Source of the DNA: Paragordius varius
Lineage: Eukaryota; Animalia; Nematomorpha
Assembly (NCBI GenBank): GCA_964247055.1
Contig: OZ176057.1
Location: forward strand, 434,001-498,000
Direction of reading: 5' to 3'
DNA: 64,000 nucleotides
The notes beneath the pieces are model-generated. The model was not told the DNA's origin. It searched no databases and saw only the letters and a program-made list of their open reading frames with translations. Below, in pieces: positions 14,170-27,340 of the stretch (its first letter is position 1; each line of letters starts with the position of its first letter). The position numbers and the translations under genes were made by a program.

Positions 14170-15195
14170 ATATATTCTGATAGTGAGGATTATCATAGTG
14201 CTTTTGGCTTTGGCCCTTACTTACTATTAATAGAGTTATTTGCACTTTTGTGTTAAATGATCCATATCAGAAAATGGTGAAATCGTAGCATATTATTTAA
14301 AAAAAATTTATTGGTGAAAGCTAGAGGCTTCATTTCAAAAAATATCGCTATCTTATTATTATTATCGCTATCATAACATAAATAAAAAACGCAAAACAAT
14401 ATTTTCAAAAAAAATTTAGATGAATGCTCTGAAAAATATTTTTACTCTTCTAAAATGGGCTAGTCCTCTTAAAATAAAAGCAAAATGCCGGTGTGCCATA
14501 AAATGATATCGAGTAAAAACATTTTTTAAAAAAGAATTTTTAGCAAAATTTTGTAGCGTCATATTTGAAGCATGATGAAACGGTGGGAAAACGCTTTAAG
14601 ACATTATAAAAACACTTCTAAATTATTTGATGGTAGTAAACATTTCTATCACATCATATTGATTAAAATATTCGTTCGTCTTCAAATTTATATTAAATAA
14701 ATGTTTTTTTATAAAATAACACCCTGATTTTTAGGCAAACGAACATATTAATTTAAATTCTAAAGCAATAGAAATGTTCAGCATCCTCGAGTAAAGAAAA
14801 ACTGTGTCTATAATATCTAAAACCGTTTGACCGTTTCCATCAAGACTTATGAAATAAATTTCAACAAAATTTTGCTAAAAATTATTAATATTTTTAATTG
14901 ATATTAATTTAGCACATATTTAAAATTATGGCGCGATCCCAGCATTTTTTCGTCTATTAGCACTAACCATTTTAGAAGAGCAAAAAAGTTGGGACCTTCA
15001 GAGCCCACGTCTTAAAATTAAATTTTTTTGAAAATATTGTTTTACTTTTTATATGAGTTTATAATTATTTTGGTGATATTTTTTGGCATGAAGTCTCTAG
15101 CTTTCAATTTTCTGATATGGAGCACTTACCACAAAAGTGTAAATAACTTTATTAAATTACTCGTAGGGCCCAAACCAAAAGCACCAAAATCCTGT
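14170..15195. mobile_element. Non-autonomous TIR element, family B (related pieces at ~8250-8640 and ~54690-55860)
   Basis: gtgcttttggctttggcccttac (~14199) is inverted against gtagggcccaaaccaaaagcac (~15163). ctcttctaaaatgg is inverted against ccattttagaagag. The interior resembles 11800-12330 and 55300-55800. Confidence 0.7.
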
Positions 15196-15802
15196 GTTAT
15201 AATTTAAAACTTTAAAAATAGTTTATTTGGGAAAAATCAACGGTTAAAAATCTAATTGTAGTAAAAAAATTATCTTTTAGCTTAAATATGACTGTATTTC
15301 AACGGCTTTTAAGGTATTTGCATTAAACGTCCCTATAATAACAGAAAAGGCTTTTGTGTTTATTCTATCCTGTACAATATAGCTAAAATAAGTTTAAACT
15401 ATTTCATATCCGAAAGTCTTTTTGAAGACTTGGATTTATTTGACAAAAACTATAAAAACTCCCCACAAACGTAAGTCCCTATCTAAATATATAGACCAAA
15501 CTCGTGAAAGGCATCTACTAATTTAAGAAGATGAAAAAATTTAAAATTAGTAATGGTTACAAAGCCCCTTTATATCCTCTTATGCACCCTGTATATCCAA
15601 CAACCAACTAGAGCGGCACATAGAAAATAATCTGGGATGGGTGGTGGTGTGGTGAGCATGGGAAGGACTCTTCAAGCTTTTCAATCAGATAAAAATCTAC
15701 AAAGCGGGCATCGCTATATCCAAAGCCCTTACAACGATGATAGCTCTAGACAGATAATGCGAAATGTACATCGTCTAGTTTTTTACGCGTATGATTCATA
15801 CA

Positions 15803-18800
15803 TAAGGTGACCAGATTTTTTGAAGGAAAAAGCGGGACAAATCTGAGACGGGGATAGTAATATTTATTTATTTTTAACACAAATACATTATAAATATTAA
15901 AAAATTTGTACCTTACAGGTTGTTTGTACCTTATTCAATAAATTTACATGTGCACGAACAAAGGGTGAAGTGATTGTAGTATTCTAGAAAAAAAGAATAA
16001 AGACGAAATCATCACAAAGTGCGCTGGGTAATGCAAGAAGCGGCACAAAAAATATTTTTAACAATTTAGCGAATAATCTTAATCAAAACATTATTGGCAG
16101 ATACACAACGCTATTCAAACAGCTACTGATTTGTTACCCCTAGATGTGGAAAATATAGATGTTAAAATGCTTGGATATTGTAGAACTGTTGGTTAGCTCT
16201 TTTGCCAGCGATTGAAATATTAAAAATGTGATCTCCTAGAATCCTATTTTTTATCACAGGACAAAGGTCAAAATTCCAAGTCAAAAAAGGTTAGAAAATA
16301 ATTTTATACCATTACCTAATCGCAATATTATAAAGCATCAAGAAAAACAAGGCTCAATGAATAGCCAGAATATAAAAATGTTTTATACAAGAAACGATTA
16401 TTTGGAAGACAAGACGGTGCACAATGACACTTTTTTATGAAGTCTCATTATTAAATATTATTGAATGAAAACTTATATTATGGACAACAGAAAAAAATAC
16501 GTAGGATAGAAATGGTTAAAATGCTATTGAACGCGTTTTTCCACAGTAAATTATAGTCAAGGGCACGGAATCAAATTTAAATGTTGAATAAAAACCATTT
16601 TATGTGTTCAAATATAATTTGACAAATTATGAAGACTTATACAATTTAAGTAATTTTGTTTATTTTTTAACATAAAAATTTTATAAATATAAGAAAATAT
16701 TTTATTCTTTGGTATATTTTTTGTTTGAGTGAATGCGTTTTAGCAGATTGTCATCATTTTTTAAAATATTGTAGAAGTCCTCACAAGAATTTGTCAAATT
16801 ATATTTGACAGATAAAACGGCCTTTAAAGTTTCAACATTTGAATTTGATTTTTCCGATGTCCACACCTGGTTTACTGTGGAAAAAACGCGCTCAGTAGCA
16901 GCGTTGGTTCAGGTAAAGATAGTGCGAATTCCACAATTTTTAAAATATTATTGTATGTAAAATAGTTGGCTTCAAAATGATGAAATATTTCCAACCATTT
17001 CTTACTGTATATTTTTCTTTTGTCCATAATTTAAGTGTTTCATCATTAATATATCTTTTAACTAAAGATACTTCAGAAAAAAGATCATTTTCTGAAAGAT
17101 TACTTTTTGAGAATTTTCGGGAACAGATATAATCAAATGATTTTTGAACATCGCACCATTTAAATTCTGTTTTTAATGTTATCCAATGAAAATGATCAAT
17201 TTGAATTGCGTCGTCCAGTCTTCCAAATATTTTTTACATTTTGTATAAAACATTTTTATATGGTACAGGATATCTTGGCGATTTATTAAGCCTTGTTTTT
17301 TTAATTATTTATTATATTGCGGATGTTTAATGGTATATAATTATTTCCTAACCGTTCTTGACATTGGAATTTTAGGTTTCTAACTTCATTGGCCACTTCG
17401 ATTGATGAAATTTTGTCACCTTCTATAAATTTAATAACATTTTAAAAGAGAGAAGCTTGATTATGTAAGTATTCTAACCATATTTTTGAAGAATCACTTT
17501 TAAAAAACTTTTTTAAAGTTGTATGACATTTGTCGTGTGATAAAAAAGTGATTTTAAAGGATCACACATTTTTAAAATTCTTTCGATAGCTGGCATAAAA
17601 GCTAACCAACGAGTTTTACAATATTCAAGCATTTTTTGATATTGAACTTCTGGATTTTCACAGAATTCGTAAGCGTTTCACGCGTACCGTGTATATATAA
17701 AAATAGGATTATATTTTAACAACTTACATTTTCTACATCTAAGGATAACAAATCAGCAGCTGTTTGAATATCGTTGTGTATTATATGCGCTGCACACCCA
17801 TCGCCAATAATGTGTTGATAAAGATTTTCTGCTAATTATATTTTTTGTTCCCCTCCTTGCTTTTCCACCGAAATTCGTATTGGTTTTGTCAGCACAATAT
17901 GCGATAATTTTGTCTTTTAAATTAGTTTTTTATAGAATATGCATTACTGAAGTAAATGTTATTTCGGAATTTTCACCGGGTAAAGAAATTAAATCTAAAA
18001 TTTTAATTTTTACTCCGGTTTCTGAATCAAAATATCTTATTAAAGTGGGAAATAATTTTGTTTCATGGTGATTTGATGCATCAGAGTATAGGGATAAGAA
18101 ATTAATTTTCAGCAAATTTTTTGTATTTCAGAAAATGCATGTGGAAAGAACATTGCACACAATGGCTTCAGCCTTTGTACGGGCACATGTAAATTTTTTA
18201 TGGATAACGTGCGAATAACCTGTGAGGTACAGTCCATAGATCTAAAGAAATGATTGTGATTAAAGGCGTGAAAAGATAACACGCCCTCAGCTAGTGCCAA
18301 ATTCTTTTCTTCCTTTCCAAAAGCGGTTTTTCGAAAAAAATCGCTCATTGTAAGATGATGCCGCCATATCTAAACATTTTTTATGTTTCTGTGTTTCCAT
18401 ATGCTTTGTAATATCATGCTTGCCGCCATGTGCTAGGGTAAATTCCCCCTCGCATAAAAGACTGATTCATTCTTAGATTTTTGATAAAAGGAAAATCTTT
18501 CATTAATTGATCGTTGAATTTACAACCTCTTTTTGTGCTCATATTTATAAACTACTATTAGCATAATAAATATTATATTACCTTAATTTTCTGGAATAAA
18601 CGTGTAAGCTACCGATTTGTGGTATTAACTTGGCTTTTTGATTGATGACAGTATTAGTAGGAAGCAAAGTGTATATGGTATAAATTCGAAAAAAATAAAT
18701 AATTTTATAAAAATAATATTTTAATTTAAAATTGAATAGATTTTAAAGATGTTTAATGATAAAAAACTTTATTTATATTAAAAAATTTTTTTTTATATAA

Positions 18801-18879
18801 TCGTGAAAAAGCGGGACATTTTAAAAACATAGCGGGACGCGGGACAAAGTGTGAAAAAGCGGGACGTCTGGTCACCTTA
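15803..18879 (-). mobile_element. hAT DNA transposon, Blackjack-type, 3077 bp
   Basis: TIRs taaggtgaccaga (15803) and tctggtcacctta (ends 18879). Perfect 8-bp TSD TTCATACA (15795-15802 and 18880-18887). Subterminal gcgggac repeats. Confidence 0.95.
16702..18542 (-). pseudogene. Frameshifted hAT transposase
   Basis: Fragments in order: MSTKRGCKFNDQL, LAHGGKHDITKHMETQKH (zinc-finger-like), EGVLSFH..HNHFFRSMDCTS, CARTKAEAI, SDASNH (catalytic Asp), FGGKAR, GCAAH, ERVFSTVNQVW (dimerisation domain), stop at 16702-16704. Several stops and frameshifts. Confidence 0.9.
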
Positions 18880-20261
18880 TTCATACAAGTTTCTTGAATG
18901 TAAAATTGTATAATTCGATTTGATTCTTCTTTTCTACTTTGGATATTTTTTAATCCTACCACAAGAAAACTCATAATATGGTTTAAATATGTAAATAATT
19001 AAATCACTTAATTTCAGTATGAGTAAAAAAGATTGCCAACTTTTGATTATTATTGCCGATAGCATTATTAATTTCTCGATGCGTATCAATAAAAATTATT
19101 TTTAGGTACACAGCTGCATTAAGGTGTATAGATTTTATAATAAACTCTTTTTAATGTATACATTTTTTTTATAATTTGATTGCAAAGCGTCAGAATAAAG
19201 ATCGTCTGCCTTTTAAATATAGGAAAATCAGCCCTCTTATTAATCCTTTAGAATATGGGTGACTGTCCATTTGTAAAAAGTGCAATCTAAAGAGGCTTAA
19301 TATCCTGATAATCCTTTTATAAAAATTGAGTCTCCGGCCAAACTTCATTTGTTTGGGGAAACAGTACCTATGCCACAGGAAAACCAAAGATAATCCCTTT
19401 TTATATTAAATTTATTTTATTTGATAATCTTTTAACTATATATTTTTATTTATTTTATATAGGTTATTATTATGTTTTTTGTCGTTAAAACTAATATATC
19501 TGATCAACAACTTAATTAATAACAGACCTCTCCAAAAACCAAACAAAATGTCCTTTCCAAAGCGCAGGTTTGGTACGGTATTTTTTTATTTCCTTTTTTA
19601 ATAAACAAATTAAATAACATTAACTTACAGCGAAAAAATTGAAACATGATAATATTATACACATACATAATTTGTAATCATAAAATTTCAGTATAACTCA
19701 CGGTACTCCTACAATTGGTTCACCAATTGTACGAGGGGTGTACCCAAGGCTTTTGTCATTTAGGTAAACAAACGAATCCTTTATTCATAAATCCGAATTG
19801 ATAGAAATGTTTAATATCATCGAATTATATACATAGTAACAAAATGATAAAATATATTCTGATAGGAAATTACATTCTCTCTTACTAAAACAATATATAT
19901 ATATATATATATTTATTTATATTTTAAACATGACCTTTTTCTCAAATTTTAAGCCTTCAACCATCTAATAAATCATTTCAACTAATTTTCGAAACAGTTC
20001 ATTCGTAAAAAGCTGAATATTCATTTCCAAGGTATTACCTAAAATTGGATTGATTTTTTAACGATGTTTTACATTATTTAGTTTAACGATGTAATAAAAA
20101 TTAGCTATACATATTATGTAAAACGCAGTTTGTTAGACTATGATATTGAATAATAAAAGGTTGGCAAACAATAGTCTATTATAATCCAGTAATAACATGG
20201 ATATTACAATAACAACATAAAATATCCCAAATTATAGTAGTTTGGGAGTTTCGATAACAAA

Positions 20262-21317
20262 CTGGACAACAAATTTTCCTGCCACTCGAGTTTTTTGCAT
20301 TTTCTGATATTTATTATCATTTTAACAGTAAATATGAAATAAAAATTATAACTCGATGGAAGAATTTCGTATAATTTGATTATTTTTATTATGCGCCCTC
20401 TTTATCAAAATTTTACTAAAAAATGTTTTTAAAGAGTAATAAAAACTCTATAAAATGCATACTAATATGTATTACATCGACAGTTTATATTGGACTTAAA
20501 GAGCGACAAACGCGCGAAGCGAGAGCATTTTTTTTAATTATTATATTTTTAAAACTAATGGATGAAAATAGCTCAAACTTTGTTTTGGTCCAAAAAATAT
20601 AACACAAGAAAGTTTTTTTGATGATAACATTTTTTTATCGCTTTTATGTCACTCAAAACAGTCATTTTTGTTTTTTAAAAATTACCATCTCATCAATATT
20701 AATTTATTTTCTTTACGAGGCTGATAATTTCGAAATTTTAAAGATAAAAACAAAGTTTAAGGTATTTTTGATTCTTAATAGCCATTGTGTAATAAATTTA
20801 CAGTTATAACTATGCATTTTAGTATCCATTAGGTAAAATATTTATGATAAAAATAATTTTTATCAAAAAAGCAAACCAAAAGCTTTTTTCAAACATTTTT
20901 TAAAATTAAATACTAATATAATAATTATATTAAAATAATCTATATGATTTTCAAATTAGTTTGTCTGTGAAAATTCTTGACTTATTTAAGGATTGAAAAT
21001 TTCGACCATTTAAATCCAAATAACTTACTTTTACATCCGATTGATTTAAATGAATTACTACCATTTAAAAGATGCAGTTTTTTGCGCTCTTTCGAATGAT
21101 ATAAAATACATGGCTTCATATCTAAAACTTTTAATTTTCGAAATTTCGAGTTTAATGTTAAATCGGGGCCAAAAATAATCGATAAACTCTAATATAAAAA
21201 AATTCTTGCATGCTAGACCAATTTTCTTTTCAGATATACTAATTATGTACTTAAATGAAATAAATTTTAAATTTACAAGAATGGCAGTTAAAAAAAGTTA
21301 AAATTTGTTGTCTAGTG
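20262..21317 (+). mobile_element. CACTA-like non-autonomous element, ~1.05 kb; inverted copy at 58960-60083
   Basis: Termini actggacaacaaattt and aaatttgttgtctagtg. The whole interior is near-identical to the reverse complement of 58960-60083. Confidence 0.85.
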
Positions 21318-22826
21318 CTATTAATAACTTTTTTATAAGTAATAAATGTATAAAATCTAATATAACATTTAAAATTAAAAGTTTTAACAATTAGCATAAA
21401 AATGACCTCTAAGTTACGCAGGATAGTTCAAGAGGGACTACGTTCAGCTTGGTCCTAGCACCGAGACGAAACGTAAACTTTCCCCCCGTGCCTGTGTCAA
21501 TCTTTCCTTTGCTATGCGTGACTACAGCGGTACGCCCCACAGCGCTCCTATATCATTATGCTAAAAAGCAAAGGCATACAAAGAGGGAGCCTAAACGAGT
21601 GCATATAGAGTGACACCTGTTGGACGAAGCGGTACATATCCCGCTAAGCTACAGGCTATCCGGGATTGATCGTTTATGCGGTCGTCCAACCAATACTGGC
21701 ATACAGTACATTCCCTTGCATGTTTGTTGCGAATATATATTTATAGTCATAGTATTACCATTATTATAAAGTTATCTGATTGTGAGGTATATCATAAGTA
21801 AGCAGGTAGGCCATTGATAAACGGTCCATACTAATTTATCCACATATATCCAAGTATCTAGAGAAGGTTATGACAGACTTGCTCCCTACCGTCTCTGTCC
21901 TCACAGGGCGACCCTTACCGCCTTTCTACACTTTTACGCGCCTCAGGGCAGGGGGATTTCAATAATTCTTAGAGCTTCTAAAAACATATCCAATGAAACG
22001 ATTAAACATATGTAGCAAAAATAATCGATGTAAATAAGGTGGCCAAAAATGATTTATGATATCAAAACTAACAAATGGCAAGGAAGTTACCGATTTACAA
22101 AATTAATCATTAAAAATTATATTACGAAAATCATGTTTTATTGCGCTAACAACGAAAACAAATTAAATAGTGACAATTAGCATAATATCAATTTTCAAAA
22201 TTTTAAAAGTCATACAAAAGTAATAAAAACTAATGTAATAAACCAAAAATCTTTTGTAAAATATAATTTATTGTCGACACGTGAATAATATAAAAAATAT
22301 GGAAATTTATTTATAATCATGTGATAGATTATAAAATTTGCGTACGGTTTCGGACACTGTATGTCCATCCTCAGCGTTAAAAAAATATAAATGGATATTG
22401 ATAAAATTGTTTGCTTTATATACAAATTTTAAAATGTTTATTGTTTATTTTTCCTAAAAGTATAATGTTAAAACAATTTGTCATCGAGAGTAGTTTAAAC
22501 CATGTCAAACAAACAATTTAGACTAAAAATAGAAATTAGCAAAGATTCTTAGCAGCGTATTATAAATATTTTGAGCAAAATTAGAATAAAATTAGCAAAA
22601 ATTCCAACAAGCAAGAATATTAGCAAATCAATTAATAAATAAAAATATAATTTTAGACTAAAAGTGGTGTTAAGGCCCAATAATTTGATAAGTTAACATT
22701 CAAAATATTCATGAAAAGTTTTAAGATTTTGAGATAATAATTAGGCCATAATTTTTATTATACACTGCATGATTAAGCAAAGCTCCCTATGATCGAGATT
22801 TTACTTTAAAAATTCTATGTAATAAG

Positions 22827-23501
22827 TAGGGTTGTGCTGACCAAGTCGTGACCCGGTCAATTGACCTGGTCATGACCAGGTCAGTGACAATTTATTTTTT
22901 GACCATGGTCATTAACAGCTGTTTTTCGAAAAATTACTCATAAATTTTATTTGGAAGAGATATATTAAGATTTTATTTTTTTAACATATTTAAAAAGTAT
23001 AAAATTAAATTTTTAAATATACTTATTTGACAATATAAAATTGTTAAACATGAATCTAATATTAGCTTTTAGCATATCCAGTTATTTCGAAAACAAAATC
23101 TGAACCAATAAAATGAAAAAAAATTTATAATTGGATATTTTAATGTTAAAAGAAAGTTGTAAAATAAACTAGGTAAAATTTTATTTGATATATCCAGTAT
23201 TAAAAGCTATGTAATTGAAGATTCAGAAGGCTATTAACATGCGGCAAAATTTATTTGAAAACAAAATTCTTGATTTAATTCGATTTCAAAATATTTATAA
23301 ATAATAAATATAAAAAAATTGTATAATACAAATTGTTATGAAAAAACATGACATTATTAGTGAAACGCAAGTGTCATTAGAACATTATTTTAACAGTCCA
23401 ATATCGTATGATATTTATTCAAGTAAAAAGTGGTCATGACCGTGGTCATGACCATGGTCTGATCGGACTTTTTTGAAAATGCAGTCAAATGCACAACCCT
23501 A
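22827..23501. mobile_element. hAT MITE, 675 bp
   Basis: TIRs tagggttgtgc / gcacaacccta. Perfect 8-bp TSD GTAATAAG. Subterminal ggtcatgacc repeats at both ends. Confidence 0.95.
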
Positions 23502-24124
23502 GTAATAAGTAAAAGATATTAAAATTTAAGAATATATTAAAATTGACCAGTTAGGAGCTGCATTATAGGGAATCAAAATATTGCAAATAATAAAAAGGCT
23601 TATCTATGGTGTGATACATCCGGGCGGCTACAGCACAAGCGGTGCAAAATAACATTTGCTTACTTGAAGCGACACCCTCCTGTAAATATGTCAGGTATGG
23701 CAATGGCACACAGTGAGGTGGTCGTAGAGCCCGGTAGGAGTAACATGCAGAGAATTTGCAACGTAGTTACGATCAGCAATATTCAGGAAAGTTGAAATTC
23801 CTCAAAAAAACCAATCAAAAGGGGACGAGTAATTGAACCAATAAATCATATAAGAAGATTTTATAAAGTGTTTAATCGTAGTACCCCCTAAAGTTTAAAA
23901 AATATCTACCATCCAAGCCATTAGTAAACTCCACCCCGTGTAATAAATGTGGCAAAACAACATACAAGTATTAAAATCAACTCTTAACCCAGCATCTGGG
24001 CATCACACCAAATAGTCCATATATATCGGTACAGTAATACTTTGCTACAGCCGATAAAACACATTTTCCATACAAAATGTGCAAAGAAAAGCGAACATTA
24101 TGATTTTATTAATTTGTTTCTTAA

Positions 24125-25345
24125 CACTTCGATTCAATTTGGGGTATCAAAATACCCCAAACCAAATTAGAGGTAAAATTTTAAAAAAACTACTGAGGAA
24201 ACATTCCTAATTTAAATTATGCTTCTATCCAAATAAAAATTATATAAATAAACTTAAATACTTAATAAAATTTTGAAAAAAGTTCCATGTCAAACTACTT
24301 GGACACCATTTTTATCTTGCATAATTTCCTCCAAATATTGTGTTAATTTATTTTTCAAGGTATAATTAAAGCAATTTTTTGATTTAAATTACATCAAATA
24401 TTAATATAAATAGAAAAGTTGTTTATTTTGTATTATTCTTAATTTAGCCAATGCACACATGTCACTTTAAGCTAAATTTTTACCTTTGGGTTTTACTCAA
24501 AATAAATAATACCAAGTATTTTTAAAAAACTTTTTATATATTCCGGTTTATTATTGTTATGTAAGTGCAAAATTTTGCCATGGTTTCTTTTCCTTCCATA
24601 GTTTTTAAATTATTTAATTTAAATAGGCATGGGGTATCTAACTATCCCAATTTGGATCTACTAAAATGAATGTGTTGAATGTGTTGTATCCAAGTGTTAA
24701 ACTTAGTAAACACATTTTTTTAAAACAGATTTTAAAAATTATTTATATAAATAATTATAAATGAAAGTAGCTCATTATTCTTTTTTACCTTAACACTTGC
24801 ATACAACACATTCATTTCTGTTCTTCGAATCAATTGGGGTAATTAAATATTTCAGGCCTGTTTAAAATTTAATACTTTAAAAAATATAAAAGGAATCGGA
24901 ATCATGGAAAAATTTTATTATATAACATTAATAAACCGAAATATATAATAAACTATATTCAAAGATACTGATTATTATTTATTTTAAGCTAAAACTGTAA
25001 GGTTAAAATTTAGTCAACGTGATATGTGTCCAATGGTGAAATTGAAAATATAACAAAATGCCTTTCCTATTTCTATCAACATTAGATGTTATTAAAATAA
25101 AAAATTAGCTATTCTTTTACCTTTGATATTAAATAAAGACGATATTTTGCAAAAATTTTGTAAAATGGGAGTCGAAGAAGTTTGACATGAAACTTTTTTC
25201 AATTAGATATTTTAGCTTATTTAAATGATTTATATTAGGATAGAAGCATAAATATAATTTGGGACCGTTTTCTTCTGTAGTTTTTATAAAATATTAAATT
25301 AAATTTAGTCTGGGGTATTTAAATACCCCAATTTAAATCGAAGTG
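24125..25345. mobile_element. Two inverted copies of a TTAA-flanked (piggyBac-like) MITE: 24125-24696 and 24794-25345; relatives at ~9690-10020 and ~45085-45600
   Basis: All four ends abut TTAA. Outer ends are cacttcgatt..ggggtat; inner ends are cacttg.atacaacacattc. The interiors are reverse complements (aaaagttccatgtcaaactact vs agaagtttgacatgaaactttt). Confidence 0.85.
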
Positions 25346-27087
25346 TTAAATAATCATTGTTAAATAATATATTTTCTTTATTTATTAACAAATTTTAACT
25401 AAACAATTATTTTAATCAATCAGAAATAAGTATTATTGAATAAAAACATTAAACGGGTTAAGCAGTGCTCATCAAAAAGATTAAGTCCTACCAAAAACAA
25501 TATTTCAAACTTCGCGCACTTTATTATAGCGAAAAAAATTTAACAGCTATTTTGATAATTTACAGATATTTATATTCAAAAGAGATGCATCAAAAAATTT
25601 AATAAAAATATCAATGCCAGAAAAGGACTTTTAGGGGCGCAGGCAACCCGTGGGCCGGGTTTTGTCTACCACTGGGTTAAAGTATTTATACCAAAAAAGA
25701 TATATTAGCTTAAGCAAAATAAATAAATAAATGCATTTTAACATAAATTTGGGATATTGAAATTTTAATCTTCCTTATTCAAAAATAACTTTTTGGGTGT
25801 TTAAAATAAATTTTATAAAAATATTTTGCTTTTAAGCTTTAGTAAGTATTATAATATAATAATATTTATGAAAACAGCATTCGGATGAAACTGATAAATA
25901 TTACTAGCAATGTATTTGCGATTTTTCGATATGATGCAAATATAAATTTAAATTTGAATGACTCCTAAAGCATAATAAATCACATGTATTTTCCATACAG
26001 AACATTTTTTGTGATTTGTGTATATATTTAATATTTGGAGTTCAATTAGCTTATAATTGTTATTGCTGGGCCACCGAAAATCATTTAGGCTTTAATATAA
26101 ACGAAAATTTTTAAAATATATATTTTTTAAAAACAATGTAATTTTATGTGGTATTTGGTTTTGACATGTTTTCATAATGAATTAGGCAAACAAATCTTTT
26201 AATTAAGATCTGAGGTGACATTAAAATCATCATATCGAATGTATAGGTATTTTTCATACCGTTTCCAAGATGTAAAACAATGTCCAACATACGGCGATCT
26301 CAAACATTGTTTACGGCGCACATATTGAAAATCCATAATTTACAATTTTAGCAAAACTAATGCTTCTTAAACAAATTATGAGTAGGTTTATGCATTTGGC
26401 AACGAACTCCGAAAAAACGTTATATTCAGTTTGCATTTTACGTAAAATATAAAATATTTATGAACATCTGTGTTTCAGATGCGACCCATCGGATTTTTGG
26501 GTCGAAAATGCGGCTATTTGTGACCTGTTATAAAATAGCATAATGTCCTTTATGTAGAAAAGTTCTAATCTACGCGATGAATACCTTAAATCCTTTCAAA
26601 TTCATTATATGTTATTTCCGAAATTCTCTATAAAATCTTACTCACAACCAAAAATAATCGCTATTTTTTCTATGTTGGGTTCTCTAAATAAACAAAAATG
26701 TCGAGATGCAACTTTAAATATATAATAAATTGTGACATTTGCACTTCATGAAGGTCTTTATTCAAGTTGGTCCTTGAACATTTCAAGAGTGTATTAAACT
26801 AAGTTGGTCCTTTAACAATTGAAGATTGTCCTGAACATTTCAAGTTGGTCAATGGACACTTTGGGTTGGTTACCAAGCTGGCACTTGAGAACACTTCAAT
26901 TTGGTGTTCCGACAATTTGTTTTATATTAAACTTTTTAATCAAATTGTATATCATTCATCTATTATAACATTTTTAACCTAGTTAATATAATTAACCTAA
27001 ATTCAAATCGATATCCTGTTTTAACCATTCAGAAACCGTAGCTCATTTTTAATTACTTAAAAATTATTTTGAATATTTAAAAACACG

Positions 27088-27327
27088 TGATATGTAGTTG
27101 ATATGAGACAATATTGCATGTTCTTTTTATCTGATATCATATTATTATTTTAATCGCGTTGGCGTTTATGTTCGTGCGTCATTCGTGGAATTCTGACATA
27201 AATATTTGTAGAATAAAAGACAAATTCCTAAAATTGTAAGGCATAATCATGTTTAAATAAAAACTAATAAAAATTAGAAATATCACAATTTAATAATTTG
27301 ATTATAATTCGACAATATATTTTATAT
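27088..27327 (+). repeat. 5' LTR
   Basis: Begins tgatatgtagttgatat, is similar to 30858-31098, and is followed by the PBS. The 3' boundary is approximate. Confidence 0.85.
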
Positions 27328-27328
27328 T

Positions 27329-27340
27329 TGGCGACAAGGA
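27329..27340 (+). promoter_or_regulatory. Primer-binding site TGGCGACAAGGA
   Basis: TGG-starting motif immediately after the 5' LTR, typical of Gypsy elements. Confidence 0.8.

Noticed and set aside
9130-15760. Short similarity between 9130-9200 and 15660-15745 (aaagcgggcat...cttacaa.gatg)
   Set aside because: Too short and diverged to assign; probably an old repeat.
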